Positions 57,301 through 64,000 of a stretch of DNA of 64,000 nucleotides are shown piece by piece. The number at the start of each line of letters is the position of its first letter. The first letter of the stretch is position 1. Both the position numbers and the translations under genes were made by a program. This DNA is from a bacterium (GTDB taxonomy: Bacteria > Patescibacteriota > Saccharimonadia > Saccharimonadales > AWTP1-31): assembly GCA_030426125.1 (NCBI GenBank), contig JAUHZB010000001.1, forward strand, positions 158,583 to 222,582. Reading direction: 5' to 3'. The notes under the pieces are model-generated. The model was not told the DNA's origin. It made no database searches and saw only the letters and a program-made list of their open reading frames with translations.

Positions 57301-58230
57301 ACCGGTGCTGTCTGGGTGCCAGCTTCTATTGCTCTTGGTCTGATCATTGTCGCTAACGCCCTATTTATCTACGCTGATGTATTCAACGATTCACCATTCC
57401 GTCTAGCCTTCGAACTTGGCTTGTTTACCCTAGCAGTATTCCTAGTCGGTTTGGCCTACAAGTACCGTAACTATCTAGAGAGCACTAAGCAAATTTCCAA
57501 GAGACAGCTAGAGATGGAATCAGAGTTGTATACTAAGCGATCAGAATTTGTTCCAAAAGCTACCGAAGTTGTAGATAGTCACTATGAAGATCTTTCCATT
57601 GCTAGTAATTCATTGAAGAAGATAGACGAGTCCAAGCTGTTCTTTAGCGGTCTAGCCAAACTAGAAGTAATTAATACTAACCTAAAGAATCTGAAGAAAT
57701 TCTCTAGCTTCTCAACCGATCCGCCGCTATTCGATTTAACAGCCTATCTAAATAAGACAGTTGCTAAATTCCAGGCTGAGGCTGCTGACAAGAAAGTTGA
57801 GATTAAGGCCAAGATAGATAAAGGTATCTTAAGTAAAATACAGCCAGCAGAAGTAACTCAGATAGTCGATTCAGTTATTGGTAATGCCGTGAAGTTCTCC
57901 AAAGAGGGCGGTAAAGTAGAAGTACTGTTGTTTAAGCGCTTCAATAAGATAATCTTATCTGTAAACGATAACGGCATTGGTATTCCACAGGAAAAACTAG
58001 CTACTGTACTACAACCATTTGCCAGAGCAACTGATTCCACTCAGTTCAACTACGAAGGACTTGGCTTGGGTCTATTCACAGATAAGATCATAACCGACAA
58101 ACTAGGTGGACATATAAATATAAAGAGTAAGGTCGGTGAAGGTACTGACGTAACTATTGAACTACCAGTAGTTCGCTCTAAAGAGTCATTAGCTCCAGTC
58201 CTTGTAACTCCAACCACAGCTAAGCAGTAG
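51364..58230 (+). CDS. Giant (about 2288 aa) GLUG/FN3 adhesin-like protein fused to the TM/H-box/2TM/DHp-like/HATPase module
   Basis: The likely start is the ATG at 51364 (MKKIPIKQL); the track gives TTG at 51325. Adhesin heads QITTCEQLQ..DIDCS and QITNCQELE..DIDCS. Two FN3-like domains. A PTDPTGPTDPTDPVNPTDPTDPSDP linker. H-box TTHYLNTPAAIMNGAVELM (His codon 57085-57087). N box GNAVKFS, G1 DNGIGIP, G2 GLGLGL. Confidence 0.85.
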   Translation: MKKIPIKQLFKNSTLRIQLLTAVFVLVVAVFGFGYYFAVVSPSTARAAFSGLGNGEEHDPFQITTCEQLQSIGDSPNGYNYVFMNDIDCSDTINWDDGKGFKPISGYGWGRVNGRNYKVTDLYINRPTEYAVGLFAYPDKGAIIENFTLDKSPENADRIDINGARSVGAVAAEFRGREIYNVHSSLNVQGNGQALDTGDPNDFGMSLGGLVGLNWSTINKSSSTGNVRVADNELAGKWANIGGLVGVSSPNQEVNVSQARILSSFATGDISNSSGQYASTGSCGGLVGGVDVTSSYVTENNVSNSYSTGDVTCVRESQSPNSGGFIGSIVIASQASVTPIITNNFTVSDVSGSSRQGGFYGGIYNNSNGAVFNPDLTSNYFDATRTGSADCGDASTTCNAVNVGGSEPNYFSASNNPSLFSTWDQTEFGDWELSNPYPIHQTSVVRANPVANFSVVRDGDDFIATWERPTNVENRFVDNVNYHLFIQDVGNNGSYDNSQVVITPGSTSAIVSGLAIPGKYNFKIQAVSNDGEQNILGLFTPSLEVSSGMPASAPANLTVDPRAKSLSVEWDSVEEATSYQLQFRKVGQSEWSDGSLYGSLNGTTAVIAALENLQSYQIRVAGTNVAGAGPWSEPVTAITIPQTEYQITNCQELEDVSDDMEGIYTLANDIDCSSIANFQPIGGSDSIFVGSFDGNGKTISNLTIQRDLESDNSVFAGIGLFGAVFKADLQDITLADSTIIGGSIINESFDQDGNGLPDAPEPNLDVSNPIVFADSAVNTLFEFGFTVLGGFPRVAVGGVAGVIATENSTYSDISVLNTTVQGTVAGGAFGAVIPALTPAEIANEAANSIDQNGQLNLTDNEVVLNNIRTSGLVNGFASGGIVGLATSGIGSAFDLDNNTFTIQNSSSSSIVEGNVSGGVIAVAGSLSPAGIAFAVAELNSLGNPTGEILRDPIQTVLRNQSVIIKNTTTSGSVNSCNGYTDFRLGSLGGLVGAGVGVSIQNSSSTSDIEVCSDSTLTQLAYGGFSGGLGGALVSSNLKDSSYSGDISLVNDSNIGEDGGHDGGYDGASAYFGASGGLVGFMLTGEDDSNGDYAIDNSSSAGTMDIGGKQGLLSFSGGLTGLYLGSGTIIDSNSSQDIQTYNFKNGSYGGLSISGGLTGFSLGVDMPWLIDTGTTAPINMTSAVPTHGINIVNSEASGDVVTNKNTGGAILAVSGGMSGLIFGQSNIISSNATGNVTSNIPDDLNLLADENGFDFTAQNFGTAISGGLIGSVYGLDLPRVATSALIGTGLMADNQAVVSDGGVIIDDSYASGNVSANISGGLIGSAEMKVDIQKTYTEGNVKGQIAGGLVGQTGLISTIADIGLYYGMNFVSTAQRLDNPSGFDGFLSFIGVVLDNFNEATGPVNIDNTYTTGNVTTRAYVADIGKIFNPGQSDKDTKFRLPTVAGGLAGLYMAPGGSVTNSYSSGKITVEERPVGDDVNPNLKIADIPSFAGGIFGVNIANPQLKLSELLKIDLEKEVWDAEEYNSNVEESIMAVLNKYDTEDPDTNFDSLLQTPAVVENVFSVSELDLTDKTFTGGLSGFYISSIDILKSLIDVREQYFVEPSQEQNPEDPAYVSVTTDINPSNFTKIDNVYMDRSKISVSNCNYKENLGRTGLNYLDDSSFALPDGEGGLEQAPIPQYDELPDEEKEQVDGILDSMVADLFAGALPQQACNFINSDNSQPQYFVNNNINAPLNEWDFENTWKVRTDDYPKFVAGATTTPTDPTGPTDPTDPVNPTDPTDPSDPGSSPSGDDSSSTVVVNRTNAVTPPGDITNQEAKDQIRQQLLTVGSINPDPEQVKGLKAILGSVPPILAQSIPYSLIFLMLVLATLYSWQAMREYRELNKYHRSLSKIMATKESIDNYLAITTHYLNTPAAIMNGAVELMTSLKKISKPKADTLTSKIKKFSASVNELVVANQVSSARSTNDEMIIKHKQQNPYKTGAVWVPASIALGLIIVANALFIYADVFNDSPFRLAFELGLFTLAVFLVGLAYKYRNYLESTKQISKRQLEMESELYTKRSEFVPKATEVVDSHYEDLSIASNSLKKIDESKLFFSGLAKLEVINTNLKNLKKFSSFSTDPPLFDLTAYLNKTVAKFQAEAADKKVEIKAKIDKGILSKIQPAEVTQIVDSVIGNAVKFSKEGGKVEVLLFKRFNKIILSVNDNGIGIPQEKLATVLQPFARATDSTQFNYEGLGLGLFTDKIITDKLGGHINIKSKVGEGTDVTIELPVVRSKESLAPVLVTPTTAKQ

Positions 58231-58250
58231 CTTGTAATATTCTAGATATT

Positions 58251-58279
58251 TTGCAAATATTTGTCTTGACCCCTATAAT
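58251..58279 (+). promoter_or_regulatory. Candidate promoter with leaderless geometry
   Basis: TTGCAA (58251-58256), 17-nt spacer, TATAAT (58274-58279). The A of the ATG at 58286 lies 7 nt after the -10. Confidence 0.45.
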
Positions 58280-58285
58280 GTTCCT

Positions 58286-59017
58286 ATGAACAAGTTAGAT
58301 CATATCGCTGATTTTAAGAACCTTCTAAGCGATTACCAAGCCTCCGACAGATCAATTAAGATACTAAATGAAACAAAATTTGTGTTGCTGGCAGCTATTA
58401 GCTCGGCTGGTCGAAACACTATGATTCGACAGTTAGCACAAAGCAATAAATACCATTTTATAGTTTCCGATACCACCAGGAAGCCGAGAGTTAACGATGG
58501 TATTCTGGAGCAAGACGGCCGTGAATATTGGTTTAAGACCGAAGAGCAGTTCTTAGAAGGACTAAGACAAGGTAAATACTTAGAGGCAGCTATCATCCAT
58601 AACCAACAGGTTTCTGGTGTAAGTATAGATGAGCTTACTAGAGCCAAAAAAGAAGGAAAAATTGCTATTAGCGACATCGATGTTCAAGGTGTGGACGCGT
58701 TATATGCTCAGAGTAATTCATGTATTCCGGTCTTCGTATTGCCACCAAGCTACGCTGAGTGGCGGCAACGTTTAAAAAACCGAGGGCATATGACCGATAA
58801 TGAGCTACAGAATCGTCTAGAAAGTGCCAAGAAAGAACTTCGCTTTGCTCTAGATAAGCAGTACTACCATTTTTTAGTCAATAATTCTTTGGATGAATCT
58901 ACTAAGGGACTAGATAAGATAGCAAATGGTCAGATTGATTCCTCACATGAACAGCATGGAAGAGAAGTAGCCCAACAAATACTAGAAGAGCTGCGTACTA
59001 GCACTCAAGCCCATTAA
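58286..59017 (+). CDS. Guanylate-kinase-like protein with a non-canonical P-loop
   Basis: SDTTRKPR..G...G.EYWF and a YLEAA block match the guanylate kinase fold. The Walker A position reads AISSAGRNT instead of GPSGxGKST. Confidence 0.65.
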   Translation: MNKLDHIADFKNLLSDYQASDRSIKILNETKFVLLAAISSAGRNTMIRQLAQSNKYHFIVSDTTRKPRVNDGILEQDGREYWFKTEEQFLEGLRQGKYLEAAIIHNQQVSGVSIDELTRAKKEGKIAISDIDVQGVDALYAQSNSCIPVFVLPPSYAEWRQRLKNRGHMTDNELQNRLESAKKELRFALDKQYYHFLVNNSLDESTKGLDKIANGQIDSSHEQHGREVAQQILEELRTSTQAH

Positions 59018-59033
59018 GTGCTAAAATGAGTCT

Positions 59034-59744
59034 ATGTTAAGTGAACGTCAGAATAAACTCCTACAAGCTATAGTTGAACAATACGCCGAGGTGGCAAGTC
59101 CAGTCGGCTCTAGTCTGTTGGCTAAAGTTTTTGATGTTTCCTCAGCAACTATTCGTTCCGAAATGGCCGAACTTGAGAAGCAGGGGTATATTGACCAACC
59201 GCATACTAGCGCTGGCCGGATACCGACAGATAAAGGCTATCGCTATTATGTAAATAACATAAATATTACTGAATCTGGTAAAGAAACTGCTGCTGATAGA
59301 AGAGCCGAGAAGGCCCTAGCTAGCAGACTTGGTAGCGGTGGCATTAGCGAGCAGATTATTAAGAACGCAGTTGATACACTAGTCGAACTTACCCAAAATC
59401 TAGGCATAGCTACCATTGGCGATCAGCTATATATGAGTGGCCTTTCTAATCTATTTGGGCAACCAGAATTTATTAACGGTCGGCAAATAAAAGAAGTAGC
59501 TGGACTGCTGGATAACTTAGAGCCGTGGCTACACGAAGCTGCCCCAAACCAACCCCTAAATGTCTATATTGGTCGTGAAAACCCAATCGGTAGGAGTGCT
59601 GGTTGCTCGCTAATAGTTAGCAAGTTCCGTAGTCCGCATAGCGATCAAAGCTATATTGGAGTGTTAGGCCCAACTCGCCAGAGTTACCGGGATGTGATGA
59701 TGCTGGTTCGCCGAACCGGTGAAGCCCTAGAAGAAGTTTTATAA
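59034..59744 (+). CDS. hrcA: Heat-inducible transcription repressor HrcA (short, 236 aa)
   Basis: MLSERQNKLLQAIVEQY...PVGS..L...........ATIRSEMAELEKQGYIDQPHTSAGRIPTDKGYRYYV. Canonical proteins are about 340 aa, so it appears to lack part of the middle domain. Confidence 0.85.
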   Translation: MLSERQNKLLQAIVEQYAEVASPVGSSLLAKVFDVSSATIRSEMAELEKQGYIDQPHTSAGRIPTDKGYRYYVNNINITESGKETAADRRAEKALASRLGSGGISEQIIKNAVDTLVELTQNLGIATIGDQLYMSGLSNLFGQPEFINGRQIKEVAGLLDNLEPWLHEAAPNQPLNVYIGRENPIGRSAGCSLIVSKFRSPHSDQSYIGVLGPTRQSYRDVMMLVRRTGEALEEVL

Positions 59745-59781
59745 TGAAGTCTTATAAAAAGAATCCAAGGAGAAAGAAGTA

Positions 59782-60288
59782 GTGAAAGGTAAGTCTAATA
59801 AACCCAAACAACCAACCAGCCAAGATGGTGATCAAGTTGACATTTCAGTAGAGCAGTTGCAGGGTCAAATTGCAGATTTAACCGAGGCTTTACAGCGCGA
59901 ACGAGCTGATTCAACCAATATTCGGCGTCATCATCAAGCCCAGCTAGCTGAGTTAAAAAGCACCGTTACCGTTAGTGTTGTTAAAGACTTACTTCCAGTT
60001 ATAGATAACTTCGATAGGGCACTGGGGCATGTGCCTGAAGAGCTGAAAGATAACGACTATCTAAAAGGTGTCAATAGTATTGCCAAACAGTTCCAGAAAA
60101 GCTTGTCAGACATGGGGGTAAGCCGGATAGAGACAGTTGGTCAGCCTTTTGATCCTAATTTGCACGAAGCAGTAAGCGTTGAAGACGGTGAAGGGCAGGA
60201 AGAGATTGTTAGCGAAGAACTCCAAACTGGTTATCGTCTCAATGATCAAGTTATTAGACACGCCATGGTGAAAGTTAAGCGTTCTTAA
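59782..60288 (+). CDS. grpE: Nucleotide exchange factor GrpE
   Basis: GTG start after AAGGAG. Motifs: DLLPVIDNFDRAL, G..FDPNLHEA, VIRHAMVKV. Confidence 0.9.
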   Translation: MKGKSNKPKQPTSQDGDQVDISVEQLQGQIADLTEALQRERADSTNIRRHHQAQLAELKSTVTVSVVKDLLPVIDNFDRALGHVPEELKDNDYLKGVNSIAKQFQKSLSDMGVSRIETVGQPFDPNLHEAVSVEDGEGQEEIVSEELQTGYRLNDQVIRHAMVKVKRS

Positions 60289-60321
60289 AGCACCTTAGTT
60301 AAAAAAAGTTCAAAAACATAA

Positions 60322-60348
60322 TTAGCACTCTTGACTTGTGAGTGCTAA
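60322..60348 (+). promoter_or_regulatory. Perfect CIRCE operator (HrcA binding site) overlapping the dnaK promoter
   Basis: TTAGCACTC-ttgacttgt-GAGTGCTAA matches the consensus TTAGCACTC-N9-GAGTGCTAA exactly. The spacer contains TTGACT, with TATGCT/TATACT boxes 18-24 nt downstream. Confidence 0.9.
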
Positions 60349-60369
60349 TTTGTGTATGCTATACTGTAG

Positions 60370-60396
60370 TTAGCACTCGAAAGGGTAAACTGCTAG
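60370..60396 (+). promoter_or_regulatory. Second, degenerate CIRCE-like element in the dnaK leader
   Basis: TTAGCACTC-gaaagggta-AACTGCTAG. The left arm is perfect and the right arm matches 6 of 9. Confidence 0.45.
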
Positions 60397-60463
60397 AAAT
60401 AATTTAATATAGTAAATATAATTTAACAATTAACTAAAGCAAAGTATAAGGAGAAAGAATTAA

Positions 60464-62395
60464 ATGGGTAAAATAATTGGAATTGATCTTGGTACAACAA
60501 ACTCAGCCATGGCTGTAATGCAGTCTGGTAAGCCAGAGATTATTGCTAATTCAGAGGGATCTAGGACTACGCCTAGTGTAGTGGCCCTTAATAAGAATAA
60601 AGAACGTCTAGTTGGCCAGGTGGCTCGTCGTCAGATGGTGACCAACCCAGACAACACAATTTATGAAGTAAAAAGACTTATTGGACGAAGTTGGGAAGAT
60701 AAAGAAGTTCAGCGCGATCTTAAGCTAATGGGCTACAAGATAGTTAAAAGCGGCAAAGCAGTAAAAGTTAAGATGGGCGATAAAGAATATAGCCCTGAAG
60801 AAGTTAGTGCCATGATTCTATCTAAGCTAAAATCTGATGCTGAAAGCTTCCTTGGCGATAAAGTGACTGAAGCTGTAATAACCGTTCCAGCCTACTTTGA
60901 CGATAGTCAACGTCAAGCTACTAAAGATGCCGGTAAGATTGCTGGACTTGAAGTAAAGCGAATCATTAATGAACCGACTGCTGCAGCTCTGGCCTATGGG
61001 CTAGATAAGGCAGGTAAGAAAGATGAAAAGATAGCTGTCTTTGACCTTGGTGGTGGTACCTTTGATGTTTCTATTCTAGAACTCGGTGATGGTGTTTTTG
61101 AAGTAAAGAGTACTAATGGCGACACTCACTTAGGTGGAGCTGACTTCGACAGAGTTATAGTTAACCATCTTGTTGATGAATTCAAGAAAGAAAGTGGCGT
61201 TGACGTAACCGACGACAAAGCTGCTATGCAGCGATTGCGTGATGAAGCTGAAAAGGCTAAGATCGAACTGTCTACTACTAATGAAGTAGATATCAACCTT
61301 CCATTCTTAACCGCTGACTCTGAGGGGCCAAAACACTTTGAATACAAGATTACAAGGGCTAAGCTAGAATCCCTAGTCGGTGATTTAATAGACAAGACTG
61401 CTATTCCGTGCGAAAAAGCTCTAAAAGACGCTAAGCTAAAGAGTAGCGATATTGATGCGGTAGTGTTGGTTGGTGGTATGACCAGGATGCCGGCCGTGGT
61501 TGAGAAGGTTAAGAAAATATTTGGCAAAGATCCAATGCAAGGCGTGAACCCTGATGAGGTTGTGGCTATTGGTGCAGCAATCCAAGGTGGCGTGTTACAA
61601 GGTGACGTTAAAGACGTTCTACTACTAGACGTAACCCCATTGTCGCTAGGTATTGAAACTCTAGGTGGTGTGGCTACTAAGTTAATTGATCGAAACACTA
61701 CTATTCCTAGCTCCAAGAGCGAAGTCTTTAGTACCGCTGCAGACAACCAGAACCAGGTTGAAATACACGTTGTTCAAGGTGAAAGGGAATTCGTAAAAGA
61801 CAATAAATCACTAGGACGTTTCGTGCTAGATGGTATTCCACCAGCGCCAAGAGGTGTACCTCAAGTTGAAGTCACCTTTAATCTAGATGCTAATGGTATC
61901 TTGAATGTCACAGCTAAAGATAAAGGATCTGGTAAAGAGCAAACCATTACCATCCAAGGTAGTAGTGGTCTTTCTAAAGAAGAAGTAGACAAGATGGCTA
62001 AAGATGCTGAGGCTCATGCTGAAGAAGATAAGAAGAAGCGTGAGAGTATTGAGGTGAAGAACCAGCTAGATAGCGCTATTTACCAGGCAGAGAAAATGAA
62101 GACAGACAACAAAGATAAGATTAGTGAAGATGATGCTAAAACCATCGACGAAGCAGTAGAAGAAGCCAAAAAGGTAGCTGCTGACGAGTCTGCTGATAAG
62201 GAAGCACTAGAAAAAGCCGCAAAAGATCTTTCAGATAAGATCATGCCAATTGGCGCTAAGATGTATGAAGCTGAGGCTAAAGAAAAAGAAGGTCAGTCAG
62301 CTGAGGGAGATGAAAAAGATGAAAAGTCAGATTCTAAAGACGAGCCAGTTGAAGGTGAGGTTGTAGATGAAGACGAAAAGAAAGAGGAAAAATAA
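60464..62395 (+). CDS. dnaK: Molecular chaperone DnaK (Hsp70)
   Basis: [18 protein letters not shown] and the other Hsp70 signatures, with SD AAGGAG upstream. Confidence 0.97.
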   Translation: MGKIIGIDLGTTNSAMAVMQSGKPEIIANSEGSRTTPSVVALNKNKERLVGQVARRQMVTNPDNTIYEVKRLIGRSWEDKEVQRDLKLMGYKIVKSGKAVKVKMGDKEYSPEEVSAMILSKLKSDAESFLGDKVTEAVITVPAYFDDSQRQATKDAGKIAGLEVKRIINEPTAAALAYGLDKAGKKDEKIAVFDLGGGTFDVSILELGDGVFEVKSTNGDTHLGGADFDRVIVNHLVDEFKKESGVDVTDDKAAMQRLRDEAEKAKIELSTTNEVDINLPFLTADSEGPKHFEYKITRAKLESLVGDLIDKTAIPCEKALKDAKLKSSDIDAVVLVGGMTRMPAVVEKVKKIFGKDPMQGVNPDEVVAIGAAIQGGVLQGDVKDVLLLDVTPLSLGIETLGGVATKLIDRNTTIPSSKSEVFSTAADNQNQVEIHVVQGEREFVKDNKSLGRFVLDGIPPAPRGVPQVEVTFNLDANGILNVTAKDKGSGKEQTITIQGSSGLSKEEVDKMAKDAEAHAEEDKKKRESIEVKNQLDSAIYQAEKMKTDNKDKISEDDAKTIDEAVEEAKKVAADESADKEALEKAAKDLSDKIMPIGAKMYEAEAKEKEGQSAEGDEKDEKSDSKDEPVEGEVVDEDEKKEEK

Positions 62396-62461
62396 ATAGA
62401 AGTTAGTTAGAGATATTTAACTGAGTTTGAGATATTTGTGAGTATTAATTGCTAAGCAAAT

Positions 62462-62502
62462 AAGAAAAGTGCCCACTGCGAGTTTTATCATCCCGGTGGG
62501 CA
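62462..62502 (-). terminator. Possible terminator of the minus-strand kinase gene
   Basis: TGCCCAC (62470-62476) pairs with GTGGGCA (62496-62502) around a 19-nt loop. On the minus strand it is followed by CTTTTCTTATTT. Confidence 0.35.
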
Positions 62503-62537
62503 TAACTTCTACAAGGGGGTAGTGTATTTGTAATATG

Positions 62538-64000
62538 TTATTGCGGGGCGATGATAATTGGCGCACCACCGTCTGTTAGCTTTTGTTTGGGTAGCTTCAT
62601 TCTAACTATCGTGCCATTCGGTTTATTATTTTTTACTTGGATGTCACCACCAAGTTGATTTACTACCAGCTTGTTTACGTAAAGACTTAAGCCTAAGCCC
62701 TGTTGGTTATAGGTCTCTACATCGGTTGTTTTAGTGAAAGGCTGGAATAATTGATCCAATTTATCCTTAGGTATGCCAGGGCCTTGGTCAGATATAGATA
62801 AGTGAATATTTTTTGCGGTAGACTTTGTTTTCACTGTTATTGTAGATCGTTCTGGGCTAAACTGGATTGCATTATTAAGTGTAGACCCAATTATTTGATT
62901 TAGTTGCTCAGGCTGGATGTTTAGAATGCTATTATTGGCAATATCTAATTTAATATTTACTTGTTTGCTTGTTGCCCTTTCACGGTAATGCTCGGTAATT
63001 TGTGGTATCTGCTGAGATAGATTTAAGCTTGGTAAATCTAGTGATAGGTGCGTTAACTTAGTTACACTACCTAGACTGGTTGTTGTGTCAGATAGCATTG
63101 CAAGACCATTGAACAGTGTTTTTGATTCTGGCATGGTCTGGAGTTTGTTGCTTGCGACCTTTAAGTTTTCATAATTATTGGATAATACAGATGAAGCTTT
63201 TTCAATGAATGCATTTCTTTGTTGGATTAGTTTTTGCTCAGAATATAAGGCTTGTTGTTGTATATCGCGGGCCACAGCCAGTATTTCGCGCTGCTTGTAA
63301 GAGGTCGCAATTATGAGACTAATTAGTAGTAGACATAAGATTTGCAGGCTTTGTTGAATGATGTCTACATTCAGTAGTTGCCCGTTAGTATATAGGGCAA
63401 TGACTAGAGATAGTGATACAAAAACAACTAGTATGGGAGCGAAAACAGCTGGATTTTTTAGCGAAGATCCGGATTTTGGTATGGCTGACACTAGGCCAAG
63501 GAAAAAACCTTTGTCTTTATTAGCAACACTCAATAATGGGGCTGGTTGACCGGAAGAGTTGTCGGTTATTGCCAGCTGGGCGTCTAGACTTAGATTACTG
63601 ACATCTTGTTTATATTGATTCAGATTCCGTTTTATGTAATCTGCAGTATTTACAGCTATCTTTTTTTGAGACTCTAGTAGCTCTATGGCACCCCCGATGA
63701 TAGCTACTGGTGTATTCAAATGATGCAATACTACTTTAAGGTAAGTATCAGTTGCTTCTTTGGTTACTTTTAATTTATTGATAGCACCAGTTAACATTTT
63801 ATTACTACTGTATTGCTTGTAAGCTCGCCAGCCATAAGCTAATGAAAGGAGGAATAGAATAAGTATTAGCAACCAGGAGATTAACTGACCAGCAGTGTCT
63901 AAAAACGGTTTAGGAGTGCTATCATCATTATCTTGGAATTGGTAGACTTCACCACCAGGCGATTCTGGGGCAATAAGTGGAGTTTCGTTTTCTTCAATGC
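62538..64000 (-). CDS. Third paralogue of the TM/H-box/2TM/DHp-like/HATPase module; the N-terminal extracellular part lies beyond the window
   Basis: The frame stays open upstream of the track start: ...IEENETPLIAPESPGGEVYQFQDNDDSTPKPFLDTAGQLISWLLILILF.... This is collinear with ...QPGGELYQFQDSNPAEPKSFSDTAGQLISWLLLLILF... in the 33480 gene. H-box VLHHLNTPVAIIGGAIELL; G1 DQGPGIP; G2 GLGLSL. Confidence 0.85.
   Translation of the reverse strand, partial: IEENETPLIAPESPGGEVYQFQDNDDSTPKPFLDTAGQLISWLLILILFLLSLAYGWRAYKQYSSNKMLTGAINKLKVTKEATDTYLKVVLHHLNTPVAIIGGAIELLESQKKIAVNTADYIKRNLNQYKQDVSNLSLDAQLAITDNSSGQPAPLLSVANKDKGFFLGLVSAIPKSGSSLKNPAVFAPILVVFVSLSLVIALYTNGQLLNVDIIQQSLQILCLLLISLIIATSYKQREILAVARDIQQQALYSEQKLIQQRNAFIEKASSVLSNNYENLKVASNKLQTMPESKTLFNGLAMLSDTTTSLGSVTKLTHLSLDLPSLNLSQQIPQITEHYRERATSKQVNIKLDIANNSILNIQPEQLNQIIGSTLNNAIQFSPERSTITVKTKSTAKNIHLSISDQGPGIPKDKLDQLFQPFTKTTDVETYNQQGLGLSLYVNKLVVNQLGGDIQVKNNKPNGTIVRMKLPKQKLTDGGAPIIIAPQ

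Noticed and set aside
1-64000. Alternative genetic code (UGA recoding, as in some candidate phyla)
   Set aside because: Housekeeping ORFs (dnaK, ftsH, lepA, tgt) are full length under the standard code. TGA closes ORFs at positions where the next gene starts immediately (3034-3036, 8471-8473).

Overview
This is a gene-dense, roughly 40% GC bacterial chromosome segment read with the standard code; TGA is used as a stop at 3034-3036 and 8471-8473. The housekeeping backbone is tsaC, a murC-like ligase, dus, tmk, queA-tgt, tilS-ftsH, murJ, lepA and hrcA-grpE-CIRCE-dnaK. It also carries two ABC exporters, a ZIP transporter, MscS, NDH-2, VKOR, a type IV pilin-like gene and many small membrane or secreted proteins with no recognisable family. 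Together with several giant surface proteins, this content suggests a reduced-genome, Gram-positive-type, possibly Patescibacteria/Saccharibacteria-like organism. That placement is inference only, because no search was possible. All family and sequence comparisons below are from my memory of motifs, not from database hits.

Two things stand out.

(1) A tRNA(CAU) gene on the minus strand (15161-15839) is interrupted after U33 by a 603-nt intron. Its core looks like the compact Azoarcus-type (IC3) group I ribozyme. An intact HNH endonuclease ORF lies on the opposite strand inside the P1 loop, has its own leaderless-type promoter, and runs out through the tRNA 5' exon. The window also holds the initiator tRNA, an elongator tRNA-Met and tilS, so the interrupted gene is most likely tRNA-Ile2.

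(2) Three paralogous C-terminal modules share the layout TM, H-box helix, two-TM hairpin, His-less DHp-like helix, HATPase. They are fused to very different giant extracellular regions: 12 NHL blades nested inside an FN3-like domain; a 2288-aa GLUG/FN3 adhesin-like protein; and a third protein cut by the window edge. No receiver domain occurs anywhere in the 64 kb.

Smaller observations:
- A split ABC-2 permease at a T7 run.
- CIRCE placed in front of dnaK rather than hrcA.
- -10 boxes exactly 7 nt upstream of many start codons, which suggests leaderless mRNAs.
- A promoter-sORF-terminator mini-unit.
- A prephenate dehydrogenase with a C-terminal chorismate mutase.
- A guanylate-kinase-like protein with a degenerate P-loop.
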